A stretch of DNA of 32,000 nt from Geotalea daltonii FRC-32 (GTDB lineage: Bacteria; Desulfobacterota; Desulfuromonadia; Geobacterales; Geobacteraceae): positions 2,940,001 through 2,972,000 of the forward strand of contig NC_011979.1 of the NCBI RefSeq assembly GCF_000022265.1, read 5' to 3'. Made by a program: the position numbers and the translations under genes. Shown here in pieces: positions 1-8,828 of this stretch. Below the pieces are notes generated by a model. It was given only the letters and a program-made list of their open reading frames with translations. It made no database searches and was not told the DNA's origin. Position 1 is the stretch's first letter, and every line of letters starts with the position of its first letter.

Positions 1-1
1 C

Positions 2-154
2 ACCCATCAGGCCACCCTGTCCATTTTCCGCAATGGTGATGAAAGGATCAACCCGGAGAAACACTTTGATCCTGTGCTTCTCGGGGTATTTTTCAAGATC
101 GAGCATATCTTTGACAAGATTTATGAGAGCTTCAACGTTAATCCTGCCAATTGA
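2..154 (+). CDS. 3' end of a CDS entering from upstream of the window; possibly the C-terminus of an HD-GYP/HD-type signalling protein
   Basis: Frame 2 is open from the window edge to TGA at 152-154 (...NGDERINPEKHFDPVLLGVFFKIEHIFDKIYESFNVNPAN*). From memory, the G..FDP.hh..F tail resembles HD-GYP phosphodiesterase C-termini. Only 50 aa are visible, so the product is tentative. It is absent from the ORF track because it has no start codon. Confidence 0.4.
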   Translation, partial: THQATLSIFRNGDERINPEKHFDPVLLGVFFKIEHIFDKIYESFNVNPAN

Positions 155-233
155 TACTTTTATTTCCACCCATTTTGACATATAGTATCAACATTTTATT
201 TCCCGGATATTCCTGCCGAAGAAGGAGCCTCGG

Positions 234-1187
234 ATGTTTCTCTTGCCAAAGGGAAATCCATTGTATGAAAACGTTGCTGCTGCCAAAGTCAAGCTGCCGG
301 AAATACTGGACAAGCTGAAAAACGGCGGTTTCACTGGATATCTCAACTTTGTTTTTCCATCTTCAAACATGATTCTTTTCTTTGAGGGGGGAAAACTTAT
401 CAGCACCATGTGTGAGCAGGGCAATACCAGATTGTCGGGCTTTGAGGCCTTAGCGGCATTGTGCAGTCATATTTTCGCTGGGGGCGGCAGCCTTTCCGTC
501 TACAGGCTCTCCCGTGACCTGGTTATGGGACTGCACGCACTGTTGCACGGCGAAGTTCTATACAAAGGGCAGGAACTGAAACTGATCGATGTGAAGGGGC
601 TCCTTGAAAAGATGAGGGCGCAACAGCTCAACGGCTGCCTGAGAATTTACACCGAGGACAGGTCGGCTCTCATTTTTTACAAGGAGGGGGCACCACTGGG
701 TTTTTTCCATGATGGATCCAATGATATAGAGACCTCCGCCACCGAATCACAGAAGATTGCCGGGTTACCGGGGGCAAAGGTAGACATTCTTTCCACAAAA
801 AGCGCAGACGAGTTGATGCTCCTTGACCTACTCGAAATGGTCAATATCGATAAAATATGGGAATCGACCAAAATCCGCCATGAGGCTCAGCTGCAGCAGC
901 AAAACAAGGAAGCCCGTGAGCGGGACAACAGGCAACAGGATGCGAAACTGCTGGAACTGGAGGAAGATCTGAAAGAAGTCGCCGCAGCCTACCTGGGCAA
1001 AATGGGGCGGACTCTGATCGATAAGGAACTTGCGGACTGCGGCGGCAGAAGGGGCCTGCTTGATGCAGATCAGGTGGCAAAGTTCCTGGCAGGGGTGGAA
1101 AAATCATCGAAGCTGCTTACCAGTCTTTCCAAGTTGAAGGAGATGACCGATCTTTTGCGGAAGGAAATCAGCCGTCTTTCCATTTAA
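234..1187 (+). CDS. Hypothetical protein with two tandem DUF4388-like domains and a C-terminal coiled-coil
   Basis: 317-aa ORF with a GAAGGAG RBS at 221-227, 6 nt before the ATG. It contains an internal duplication: LPEILDKLKNGGFTGYLNFVF..ILFFEGGKLIS..GFEALAAL versus VKGLLEKMRAQQLNGCLRIYT..LIFYKEGAPLG. This matches the G.L.h....g.i.f..G pattern I associate with DUF4388. The charged Q/E/K/R-rich tail (residues ~215-317) looks like coiled-coil. Confidence 0.7.
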   Translation: MFLLPKGNPLYENVAAAKVKLPEILDKLKNGGFTGYLNFVFPSSNMILFFEGGKLISTMCEQGNTRLSGFEALAALCSHIFAGGGSLSVYRLSRDLVMGLHALLHGEVLYKGQELKLIDVKGLLEKMRAQQLNGCLRIYTEDRSALIFYKEGAPLGFFHDGSNDIETSATESQKIAGLPGAKVDILSTKSADELMLLDLLEMVNIDKIWESTKIRHEAQLQQQNKEARERDNRQQDAKLLELEEDLKEVAAAYLGKMGRTLIDKELADCGGRRGLLDADQVAKFLAGVEKSSKLLTSLSKLKEMTDLLRKEISRLSI

Positions 1188-1213
1188 TGTGACGTTTTGC
1201 AGGAGGAGCAGCA

Positions 1214-1945
1214 ATGGATTTATTTTCTAATGTCAGTACCATTTCACTGATCCAGACCGTTTTCTGGTTTCTGGCAGGCATCATCAGTTTTTACTTCAGT
1301 ATCGGCAACGCCCGCATCTGGACCAGCATTTCCCTTGGGTTTTTTCTGATCTTCATCAGTCAGGCATACATGCTCGCCCCTTGGAGTGATTATCCTCGGC
1401 TGGCTGCCATTCATTATATAATCGGCACCGTCTCCATAATGGTCATGACCCATGGCTTTCAGGAATACTATGTTTTCAGCCGGACGCTGGAGGTGGGGGG
1501 GAGCAAGGCCATGGTATACTTGACCTGTCTGGCCGTCATCCTGCTTTCGGCCGCATTCGTCTTTATAAACCCGGAACCCACCTACAACATTCTGCGTAAC
1601 ATACGCATGATCGAAAATGCCAACTGGGTCTTTCTCTCTCTCATAAATATCGACATGATCAGAAAGATATATCTGCAGGTTCGGGACTCCGTCATAGCCA
1701 ACGGCTTTATTGCCTTCGGCATCGTCTTTGTCTGCATTTTTCTCTGGAAAGGATCGGAGCTTTACCTGCAGGTGTTCTGCTGGGATAATGACTGGCACCT
1801 GTTCATGCAAAGCATCGGTGCCTATCACAACATAGACTATCCGGGTCGAGTCAACTTCTCGTTACTGGTTAACCAGGCTGCAGGCCTTCTATCGGGTCTT
1901 TCTGTGGGAGGAACCTTCATCTATCTGCTAAGGCTGTTGCGCTGA
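1214..1945 (+). CDS. Polytopic integral membrane protein, unknown function
   Basis: 243-aa ORF with a GGAGGAG RBS at ~1202-1208. It starts 26 nt after the previous stop, so it is probably co-transcribed. About 6-7 hydrophobic segments are visible (e.g. LIQTVFWFLAGIISFYF, ISLGFFLIFISQAYML, MVYLTCLAVILLSAAFVF, FIAFGIVFVCIFLW, LLSGLSVGGTFIYLL). I recognise no family. Confidence 0.75.
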   Translation: MDLFSNVSTISLIQTVFWFLAGIISFYFSIGNARIWTSISLGFFLIFISQAYMLAPWSDYPRLAAIHYIIGTVSIMVMTHGFQEYYVFSRTLEVGGSKAMVYLTCLAVILLSAAFVFINPEPTYNILRNIRMIENANWVFLSLINIDMIRKIYLQVRDSVIANGFIAFGIVFVCIFLWKGSELYLQVFCWDNDWHLFMQSIGAYHNIDYPGRVNFSLLVNQAAGLLSGLSVGGTFIYLLRLLR

Positions 1946-1972
1946 TAACGTTTCTGCAATTGGCTTTCCTCG

Positions 1973-2003
1973 GAAAAGCGTCATTATCGGCGCTTTTCTT
2001 TTT
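1973..2003 (+). terminator. Rho-independent terminator after the 234-1945 gene pair
   Basis: GAAAAGCG (1973-1980), a 10-nt loop, then CGCTTTTC (1991-1998) followed by TTTTT. This is a perfect 8-bp stem plus a T-run, 28 nt after the stop codon. Confidence 0.6.
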
Positions 2004-2023
2004 CATATGCAGACCGCCTGTCC

Positions 2024-2052
2024 TTGACCTCTCACTTCATATCAGTTATCTT
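2024..2052 (+). promoter_or_regulatory. Candidate sigma70-type promoter for the dCMP deaminase-nrdR-rib chain
   Basis: TTGACC (2024-2029), a 17-nt spacer, then TATCTT (2047-2052). It lies just downstream of the terminator, ~20 nt upstream of the GGAG RBS (2065-2068) and the ATG at 2075. Hexamer match only. Confidence 0.35.
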
Positions 2053-2074
2053 ATCAACCTCAACGGAGCTATTT

Positions 2075-2545
2075 ATGAGCCGTCCCAGCTGGGATGAATA
2101 TTTTATGGGGATTACCCACCTGGTTGCCAAAAGATCGACCTGTCTGCGCCGTCAGGTTGGGGCCATTATCGTCAAAGACAAGAACATTCTGGCAACCGGT
2201 TATAATGGAGCTCCGTCAGGTGTTTCACATTGTTTGGACGTGGGGTGTTTGCGGGAGAAGCTAGGTATTCCGTCCGGGGAACGCCACGAGCTTTGCCGGG
2301 GCCTGCACGCCGAGCAGAATGCCATAATACAGGCGGCAAAGCACGGCACTGGTATCGAAGGGTCAACTTTGTACTGCACGACCATGCCATGTATCATCTG
2401 CTCCAAGATGATCATCAATGCCGGGATCAAGCGGATTGTCTTCGAAATGGGATACCCTGACCAGCTGGCCGAAGAAATGATCAGGGAGTCGGGGATCATC
2501 GTGGACAGCTTTCAGAAAAGGGACTCTGAGCAGGAGGAACGATGA
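2075..2545 (+). CDS. dCMP (deoxycytidylate) deaminase, ComEB-like, cytidine/deoxycytidylate deaminase family
   Basis: [13 protein letters not shown]... with the zinc motifs HAEQNAI and [10 protein letters not shown] prefer the internal ATG at 2075 (GGAG 6 nt upstream) over the ORF-track start at 2024, which lies inside the putative promoter. The stop overlaps the nrdR start (ATGA). Confidence 0.9.
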   Translation: MSRPSWDEYFMGITHLVAKRSTCLRRQVGAIIVKDKNILATGYNGAPSGVSHCLDVGCLREKLGIPSGERHELCRGLHAEQNAIIQAAKHGTGIEGSTLYCTTMPCIICSKMIINAGIKRIVFEMGYPDQLAEEMIRESGIIVDSFQKRDSEQEER

Positions 2546-2994
2546 AGTGTCCATTTTGTGCCTTTGCCGACAGCAAGGTGGTCGATTCCCGTCCTGATAA
2601 GGAAGGTTCGACAATCCGCAGAAGGCGGGAATGCGAATCGTGCAGCAAAAGGTTTACGACCCATGAACGGGTAGAAGAGATACTTCCGCTGGTGATCAAG
2701 AAGGATGGCCGCCGCGAGCCGTTCGACAGGATGAAGCTGGTGGCCGGCGTCATGAAGGCATGCGAGAAGAGACCGGTGTCGGTGGAAACAATCGAGCGGC
2801 TCATTGACCGCCTTGAAGTACAGATGCAGGAGAGCGGAGAAAAGGAAATTCCCAGCAAATCCCTGGGGGAATGGGTGATGACGGAACTTCATGCAATCGA
2901 TCAGGTAGCCTATGTGCGTTTTGCCTCGGTCTATCGCTCCTTCAAGGACATAACCGAATTCATGTCCGAATTGCAGGAACTGTTGAAGAAGTGA
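2542..2994 (+). CDS. nrdR: Transcriptional repressor NrdR (zinc ribbon plus ATP-cone)
   Basis: [18 protein letters not shown]...[15 protein letters not shown] is the characteristic NrdR N-terminal zinc ribbon. The length (150 aa) and the ATP-cone-like remainder fit. Confidence 0.95.
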   Translation: MKCPFCAFADSKVVDSRPDKEGSTIRRRRECESCSKRFTTHERVEEILPLVIKKDGRREPFDRMKLVAGVMKACEKRPVSVETIERLIDRLEVQMQESGEKEIPSKSLGEWVMTELHAIDQVAYVRFASVYRSFKDITEFMSELQELLKK

Positions 2995-4097
2995 CGGACT
3001 TTGCCGAAAACATGATGAAACGTGCCGTGTCCCTGGCGCGGAAAGGTGTGGGAAAAACCGCACCCAATCCGGCTGTGGGCTGTGTAATCGTCAAGGATGG
3101 CGCAATAGTAGGTGAGGGGTGGCATAGGAAGGCAGGTACACCCCATGCCGAAATTCATGCCTTGAGGCAGGCAGGGGCTTTGGCAGAAGGTGCCGATGTC
3201 TTTGTCACGCTTGAGCCTTGCTCCCACTTCGGCAAGACCCCGCCGTGCGCCGACGCCCTTATCGCCGCCAAGGTTGCCCGCGTTTATGTGGGTATGGTCG
3301 ATCCGAACCCGAGGGTTTGCGGCAAGGGAATTTCAAAGCTGCGTGCTGCCGGTATTCAGGTGGAGGCGCCGCTGTTGGAAGAAAAATGCCGCGCCCTTAA
3401 CGAACCCTTCATCAAGCATGTGACTACCGGACTTCCCTTTGTCATTTTGAAAACCGCCATGACCATGGATGGGAAGATTGCCACTGCCGGGATGGACTCA
3501 AAATGGGTAACGTCTGAAAAGTCACGACGATATGTTCATAAACTTCGATCAGAACTTGATGTTATCATGGTGGGTGTGGGAACCATCATCAAAGATGATC
3601 CTCTTCTGACTTCCAGGATCCCAGGCGGCAGAAATCCCCTTCGGGTTGTTGTCGATTCAAAGCTGAGAATTCCTCCGGACGCTCATGTTTTGCATTGCGA
3701 TTCCACTGCAAAGACTGTCGTTGCCACCATCTCTTCAGATGAGGCACAGGTCTCCCGCTTGGCAGGTTTGGGCGCTGAAGTGCTTTCTTGCGGCGAAGAT
3801 GGCGATCGGGTCGACCTGTGCTGCCTGATGGCGAAGCTGGGAAAACGAGGGGTGCAGTCAGTCCTTTTGGAGGGAGGGGCTGAACTGGCCGGCGAGGCAC
3901 TCCGCAAGGGCATCATTGATAAGTGCATGTTCTTTTATGCCCCCAAACTGGTTGCCGGCGACGGGCTCGGGCCATTTGCAGGCAATGGGGCAGGTAAAAT
4001 GGCTGATGCGCTCAAGCTTCAATGGGTGACCGTGACGAAAATCGGTGTCGATATCCTGGTGCAGGGGTATCCGGAGAAGATATGTTTACAGGGTTGA
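2991..4097 (+). CDS. ribD: Bifunctional diaminohydroxyphosphoribosylaminopyrimidine deaminase / 5-amino-6-(5-phosphoribosylamino)uracil reductase
   Basis: Deaminase motifs [17 protein letters not shown] and [14 protein letters not shown], followed by a reductase domain ([11 protein letters not shown]...[10 protein letters not shown]). I prefer GTG at 2991 (GTGA overlap with the nrdR stop); ATG at 3012 or 3015 are alternatives. The ORF-track start at 2871 lies inside nrdR. Confidence 0.93.
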   Translation: MTDFAENMMKRAVSLARKGVGKTAPNPAVGCVIVKDGAIVGEGWHRKAGTPHAEIHALRQAGALAEGADVFVTLEPCSHFGKTPPCADALIAAKVARVYVGMVDPNPRVCGKGISKLRAAGIQVEAPLLEEKCRALNEPFIKHVTTGLPFVILKTAMTMDGKIATAGMDSKWVTSEKSRRYVHKLRSELDVIMVGVGTIIKDDPLLTSRIPGGRNPLRVVVDSKLRIPPDAHVLHCDSTAKTVVATISSDEAQVSRLAGLGAEVLSCGEDGDRVDLCCLMAKLGKRGVQSVLLEGGAELAGEALRKGIIDKCMFFYAPKLVAGDGLGPFAGNGAGKMADALKLQWVTVTKIGVDILVQGYPEKICLQG

Positions 4098-4729
4098 TTG
4101 AAGAGATCGGTACGGTTGCAGGGATGGAGATGAAAAGCAATGCGGGTATCTTGAGCGTTTCCGCCGCATTTCCATCTGACCGGATCGCCATAGGCGATTC
4201 TATCGCTGTAAATGGAGCTTGTCTGACGGTCGTCGGCAAAGGAGCCGGCACCTTTTCCTTTGATGTTTCGCCGGAAACAGTTAACAGAACCTCTCTAAAG
4301 GAACTGAAAAAAGGGACGCCGGTAAACCTGGAACGTGCTCTTGCCGTTTCGGGACGGCTTGACGGCCACCTGGTTTCAGGCCACGTGGATTGTCTGGCCG
4401 TGGTCCGTGATCGACGCACTGTTTCGGGCAACACCGTCTTTTTCTTCCGCATGCCGGCAGAATATCTCAGATATGTGGCGGCAAAAGGCTCCATTGCCAT
4501 CGATGGCGTAAGTCTGACCGTAAATACCGTCGATGATGACGGTTTTTCAGTGAACATCATTCCCCATACCCTCGCAAAGACCACTCTTGCTGGGAAAAAG
4601 GCCGGCGATGTTGTCAATATAGAAACGGACATACTGGCTAAATATGTGGAACGGCTGTTGAGGCATCGCGACAGGGGGGACAGCACTGGCATCACATTGG
4701 AACTGCTTGCAAAAAGCGGCTTTATGTGA
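4082..4729 (+). CDS. ribE: Riboflavin synthase (alpha chain)
   Basis: The canonical N-terminus [12 protein letters not shown] begins at ATG 4082. The two lumazine-binding repeats are visible (GDSIAVNGACLTV / GSIAIDGVSLTV). It overlaps the ribD end by 16 nt. Confidence 0.95.
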   Translation: MFTGLIEEIGTVAGMEMKSNAGILSVSAAFPSDRIAIGDSIAVNGACLTVVGKGAGTFSFDVSPETVNRTSLKELKKGTPVNLERALAVSGRLDGHLVSGHVDCLAVVRDRRTVSGNTVFFFRMPAEYLRYVAAKGSIAIDGVSLTVNTVDDDGFSVNIIPHTLAKTTLAGKKAGDVVNIETDILAKYVERLLRHRDRGDSTGITLELLAKSGFM

Positions 4730-4791
4730 CATAAGGTTATGCTGTCCGATATAATGTCGTTTTATTACTTTGAAAGAAGGAAGGTTTGGTT

Positions 4792-5994
4792 ATGACCGTA
4801 GCAAAGATAGAGGATGCCATCGAGGATATCAGGCAGGGAAAGATGGTTATTCTGGTTGACGATGAAGACCGGGAAAATGAAGGTGACTTGACCATGGCGG
4901 CTGAAAAGGTCACGCCTGAAGCTATCAACTTCATGGCCAAATACGGCCGTGGCTTGATCTGCCTGACCCTGACCGGGGACAAATGCGATCAGCTAAATCT
5001 ACCGCCCATGGTTTCCACCAATACCTCCTCATTCGGCACAGCCTTCACTGTCTCCATAGAGGCGAAGAAGGGGGTCACCACCGGGATTTCCGCCGCTGAT
5101 CGTGCCCATACCATACTAACGGCGGTTGCTGATGATGCATCGGCCGATGACCTGGCCAGACCGGGCCATGTTTTCCCCTTGCGTGCAAAGGCTGGCGGCG
5201 TTCTTGTCAGGGCAGGGCAGACTGAGGGCTCTGTTGATTTGGCCAGGCTGGCCGGGCTTAAACATGCAGGGGTCATCTGCGAGATAATGAATGATGACGG
5301 GACCATGTCCCGAATGCCCGAACTGAAAAAATTCGCCAAGGAACACGGTATCAAGGTCTGCACCATTGCCGACCTGGTTGCATACCGGCTGAAACACGAA
5401 TCGCTGGTGCGCAGGGCTGCCGAGGTAAGGCTTCCCAGCCAACTTGGTGAATTCAGTGCCATTGCCTTCGAAAATGACATCGACAAACTGGAACATCTTG
5501 CCCTGGTCAAAGGGGAGATTCGCGGTGACGAGCCTGTGTTGGTCCGTGTCCACTCCGAATGCCTTACCGGAGATGTCTTCGCCAGCATCCGTTGCGATTG
5601 TGCCGAACAGCTGCATCGTGCCATGGAAATGGTCGAAGCTGAAGGAAAAGGGGTTGTCCTCTACATGCGCCAGGAAGGGCGTGGCATAGGCCTGATCAAC
5701 AAGCTCAAAGCCTATGCACTCCAGGATCAGGGAAAGGATACCGTAGAGGCCAATCTTGCTCTTGGCTTCAAGGCCGACCTGCGCGATTATGGCATTGGCG
5801 CCCAGATTCTCGTCAACCTCGGGATTAAAAATATCAGGCTGATGACCAACAATCCTAAGAAAATAGTCGGCCTCGAAGGATACGGTATCAACATCGTTGA
5901 GCGGGTACCCATAGAGATTGCCCCTTCCATGAGCAACAAGAAGTATCTGAAGACAAAAAGGGAAAAAATGGGGCACCTGCTGGAAAACATCTGA
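4792..5994 (+). CDS. ribBA: Bifunctional 3,4-dihydroxy-2-butanone-4-phosphate synthase / GTP cyclohydrolase II
   Basis: DHBP synthase motif [11 protein letters not shown] and GTP cyclohydrolase II motif [26 protein letters not shown] 4792 follows GAAGGAAGG by ~8 nt; TTG 4786 is an alternative start. Confidence 0.95.
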   Translation: MTVAKIEDAIEDIRQGKMVILVDDEDRENEGDLTMAAEKVTPEAINFMAKYGRGLICLTLTGDKCDQLNLPPMVSTNTSSFGTAFTVSIEAKKGVTTGISAADRAHTILTAVADDASADDLARPGHVFPLRAKAGGVLVRAGQTEGSVDLARLAGLKHAGVICEIMNDDGTMSRMPELKKFAKEHGIKVCTIADLVAYRLKHESLVRRAAEVRLPSQLGEFSAIAFENDIDKLEHLALVKGEIRGDEPVLVRVHSECLTGDVFASIRCDCAEQLHRAMEMVEAEGKGVVLYMRQEGRGIGLINKLKAYALQDQGKDTVEANLALGFKADLRDYGIGAQILVNLGIKNIRLMTNNPKKIVGLEGYGINIVERVPIEIAPSMSNKKYLKTKREKMGHLLENI

Positions 5995-6013
5995 GATTAA
6001 AACGGAGGGAGTC

Positions 6014-6481
6014 ATGCCTAAATTTATAGAAGGAAAATTGGATGCCAAGGGCCTTCGCTTCGGCATCATTGTCGGACGTTTCAACAGCTTCATAGGTGAG
6101 CGGCTTCTGGAAGGTGCGCTGGACGCCCTGATCCGCCATGGGGCTGACGACAAAAACATAGAGGTTGCCCGGGTCCCCGGTGCCTTTGAAATTCCCCTGG
6201 CCACCAAGAAAATGGCTGCAACTGGCAAATACGACGCCATCATTTGCCTCGGCGCAGTCATCCGTGGGGCAACACCACACTTTGATTATGTGGCTGCCGA
6301 GGTTTCCAAGGGTGTTGCCCATGTCTCACTGGACAGCGGCGTTCCGGTCGCCTTCGGCGTTCTTACCACCGACACAATCGAGCAGGCCGTGGAGAGGGCA
6401 GGTACCAAGGCCGGCAACAAGGGCTTCGATTCAGCCATGACGGCAATTGAAACGGCCAATCTGTTCAAGGGGATAAAGTAG
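6014..6481 (+). CDS. ribH: 6,7-dimethyl-8-ribityllumazine synthase
   Basis: 155 aa with typical lumazine synthase sequence ([34 protein letters not shown]). GGAGGGAG RBS just upstream. Confidence 0.95.
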   Translation: MPKFIEGKLDAKGLRFGIIVGRFNSFIGERLLEGALDALIRHGADDKNIEVARVPGAFEIPLATKKMAATGKYDAIICLGAVIRGATPHFDYVAAEVSKGVAHVSLDSGVPVAFGVLTTDTIEQAVERAGTKAGNKGFDSAMTAIETANLFKGIK

Positions 6482-6918
6482 TGAGCAGCAGAAGAGAAGG
6501 GCGTGAGCTTGCCCTGCAGGCACTTTATTCATCCGATGCGGAATCCCTCGGCGGAACTTTTGCTCTGAAGAAGATCATGGATAATTTTGCCGATGGTTCG
6601 GAACCCTCCCTGGATGTCCATGGACGATCCTTTACCTTTGCCACCGAACTGGTCAATGGGGTACTCTCCAACAGCGAGGCGATCGACCGCAAAATCGAAG
6701 AGAAATCCAAGAACTGGTCCATAGCCAGAATGGCGAAAGTGGACCTGAATATCCTGCGGCTTGCCGTATTCGAGCTTTTTTACCGGCCGGATATACCGAA
6801 GAACGTTACCATCAACGAAGCGATTGAAGTGGCGAAAAAATTCGGTGCCGAAGACTCACCAGCCTTTATCAACGGCATACTTGATGAAATAGCGTCATCG
6901 TTGCCCGACAAGGAATGA
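6481..6918 (+). CDS. nusB: Transcription antitermination factor NusB
   Basis: 145 aa. [13 protein letters not shown] at the N-terminus and [11 protein letters not shown]...FINGILD are typical of NusB. The GTG start overlaps the ribH TAG by 1 nt. nusB directly after ribH is a classical arrangement. Confidence 0.93.
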   Translation: MSSRREGRELALQALYSSDAESLGGTFALKKIMDNFADGSEPSLDVHGRSFTFATELVNGVLSNSEAIDRKIEEKSKNWSIARMAKVDLNILRLAVFELFYRPDIPKNVTINEAIEVAKKFGAEDSPAFINGILDEIASSLPDKE

Positions 6919-6957
6919 CGTGCAGTGGCAAGATATGTTATCTGTTAGCGAGGGAAT

Positions 6958-8268
6958 ATGAACGAGATCAAGATTGGTCTGATCGGCTTCGGCACCATTG
7001 GTGCTGGTGTCGTCAAATTGCTGGATAAAAATGGCAGCCTTCTGGAGGAAAAACTCGGAACAAGACTCTTCCTGAAAAAGATCGCCGATCTGGACATCAG
7101 TACCGATCGTGGCGTGGAGGTGGAGCCTGGAGTTCTCACTACCAATGTGGACGAGGTCCTGTGTGATCCGGAAATAGCCATAGTCATCGAATTGATCGGC
7201 GGTTACGAACCTGCCCGCAGTTTTGTCCTCAAGGCCATTGCCAACGGCAAGCATATCGTCACCGCTAACAAGGCTCTTCTTGCAGTACACGGCGAGGAGA
7301 TATACGCCGCTGCCGAAAAGAAAGGAGTAGAGGTCCTTTTCGAGGCTGCAGTAGGAGGCGGAATACCAGTCCTCTCTTCCATCAGGGGAAACCTGGCCGG
7401 CAACAATTTCAGCACCGTGCTCGGTATTCTCAACGGCACTTGCAATTACATCCTCACCAGAATGACACAGGAAGGGGCCGACTTCGCCGAAGTACTGAAA
7501 AACGCCCAGCAGCTGGGCTATGCAGAGGCTGATCCCACCTTTGATGTGGAAGGGATCGATACCGCCCATAAGCTGTGCCTTCTCCTTTCCCTTTGTTTCG
7601 GCACCAGGGTTGATCTGAAAGAGGTCTCCACTGAGGGAATAAGCTCCATTGCAGCGGTCGATATCAATTTTGCCAGGGACTTCGGCTACAAGATCAAGCT
7701 GCTGGCCATCGGCAAGCGTGATGGTGAACGCATCGAGGCCAGGGTACATCCGACAATGATTCCGGTAAATTATCCCTTGGCGGATGTGAACGGTGTCTTC
7801 AACGGCATCAGGTTGTCAGGTGACTTCGTGGGCCCGGTTATGTTCTACGGGCGCGGTGCCGGGATGGAACCCACTGCCAGCGCAGTAATCGGCGATGTGG
7901 CAGATATCGCCCGAAACCTTGTGGCAGGAATCTCCAGACGCTCAGCTCCTCTGGGTTTTGGTGACGACAAGGTGAAGAACCTTACCATAAAGCCCATGGG
8001 AGAGATCACCAGCAAATATTACATCCGTTTCAATGCATTTGACAGACCGGGGGTTCTGGCCAAGATTTCGGGGGCGCTGGGTGACAATAACATCAGCATC
8101 GAGTCCATGATGCAGACGGCGCGGAGCACCAATTGCACCGTACCTATCGTCATCATGACCCATGAAGCCCGGGAAATGGATATACGCAAGGCGCTTTCAG
8201 TGATCGACACCTTTGACGTTATCAAAGAAAAGAGCAACGTCATCAGAATAGAGGATAACCTGGAATAG
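6958..8268 (+). CDS. hom: Homoserine dehydrogenase (with C-terminal ACT domain)
   Basis: 436 aa. N-terminal Rossmann motif IGLIGFGTIGAGV, catalytic region NGTCNYIL...AEADPTFDVEG.D.AHK, and an ACT-like tail (YIRFNAFDRPGVLAKISGALGDNNISIESM). Confidence 0.95.
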   Translation: MNEIKIGLIGFGTIGAGVVKLLDKNGSLLEEKLGTRLFLKKIADLDISTDRGVEVEPGVLTTNVDEVLCDPEIAIVIELIGGYEPARSFVLKAIANGKHIVTANKALLAVHGEEIYAAAEKKGVEVLFEAAVGGGIPVLSSIRGNLAGNNFSTVLGILNGTCNYILTRMTQEGADFAEVLKNAQQLGYAEADPTFDVEGIDTAHKLCLLLSLCFGTRVDLKEVSTEGISSIAAVDINFARDFGYKIKLLAIGKRDGERIEARVHPTMIPVNYPLADVNGVFNGIRLSGDFVGPVMFYGRGAGMEPTASAVIGDVADIARNLVAGISRRSAPLGFGDDKVKNLTIKPMGEITSKYYIRFNAFDRPGVLAKISGALGDNNISIESMMQTARSTNCTVPIVIMTHEAREMDIRKALSVIDTFDVIKEKSNVIRIEDNLE

Positions 8269-8297
8269 GTCATCTTCCATTTGGATTGCACCCCAAT

Positions 8298-8335
8298 CGC
8301 CTGTTCGGCCACCTGCCGACGGGCGGTTTTTTTTT
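8298..8335 (+). terminator. Rho-independent terminator after hom
   Basis: An imperfect GC-rich hairpin (CGCCTGTTCGG...CCGACGGGCGG) followed by a run of nine T (8327-8335), 30 nt after the hom stop. Confidence 0.6.
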
Positions 8336-8441
8336 GTGCTTAAAGAAGGCAAAGAATGCCAGCCTTGAGGATGGAAAGATGGCTGTTAAGATTAATAATA
8401 ACAACTTGTGACCAAAGGCGATACCTCAAAGGAGGTTAACA

Positions 8442-8828
8442 ATGCTACTTAACGCGGGTTTTTTCAATCGTTTTCGTGCAAACAAACGGAAAAGGGCAGA
8501 TATAGAGCCGAACAGCGACAAGCCACTTAATTTCAACCGGGATCAACTGCCTAATATCAAAGGAAAACTAAGGCATTTAAACATGGAGCGAGGCCTGGAC
8601 ATGGCGATGACTTCCACAGCGCTCATGTTGCTGGGGAGTGGTCTGGGCTTCCTGATGACGCGCAGATACAGGCTGGCATCTTTTTTGGGTGTCGCTTTTA
8701 TCGTCCAGCAAGTTTTGGAAAACCGTCGGATCGACCGTCATGACCCCAACGAGATCGAGTTTGAACGTCGCGCCTTGAAATTAGAGAGGGGAGATTTCGG
8801 CAAGCTGGAGGTGATTCCGTTCAAATAA
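8442..8828 (+). CDS. Small hypothetical membrane protein
   Basis: 128-aa ORF with a near-perfect AAGGAGG RBS 6 nt before the ATG. It has a basic N-terminus and two hydrophobic segments (MTSTALMLLGSGLGFLM, LASFLGVAFIVQQV). I recognise no family. Its 3' end overlaps the convergent HAD gene by 8 nt. Confidence 0.55.
   Translation: MLLNAGFFNRFRANKRKRADIEPNSDKPLNFNRDQLPNIKGKLRHLNMERGLDMAMTSTALMLLGSGLGFLMTRRYRLASFLGVAFIVQQVLENRRIDRHDPNEIEFERRALKLERGDFGKLEVIPFK

Noticed and set aside
2024-2074. N-terminal extensions proposed by the ORF track for several genes (2024 dCMP deaminase, 2871 ribD, 4022 ribE, 11112 thrC, 12143 TPR protein, 15510 rimP, 20551 rbfA, 20855 nrnA)
   Set aside because: In each case the extension overlaps the upstream gene or a regulatory hairpin and does not look like protein. 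An internal start with an RBS and/or a canonical family N-terminus exists (e.g. [18 protein letters not shown], the signal peptide MISPRIF...).
5116-6261. 381-aa - strand ORF across ribBA/ribH; similar long antisense ORFs at 25596-26702, 23646-24644, 9799-10794, 6895-7749, 13953-14738, 4012-4695, 2512-3063 and 19113-19703
   Set aside because: Each lies opposite a gene with strong family-specific motifs. None shows recognisable motifs, an RBS or plausible composition. I treated them all as shadow ORFs.
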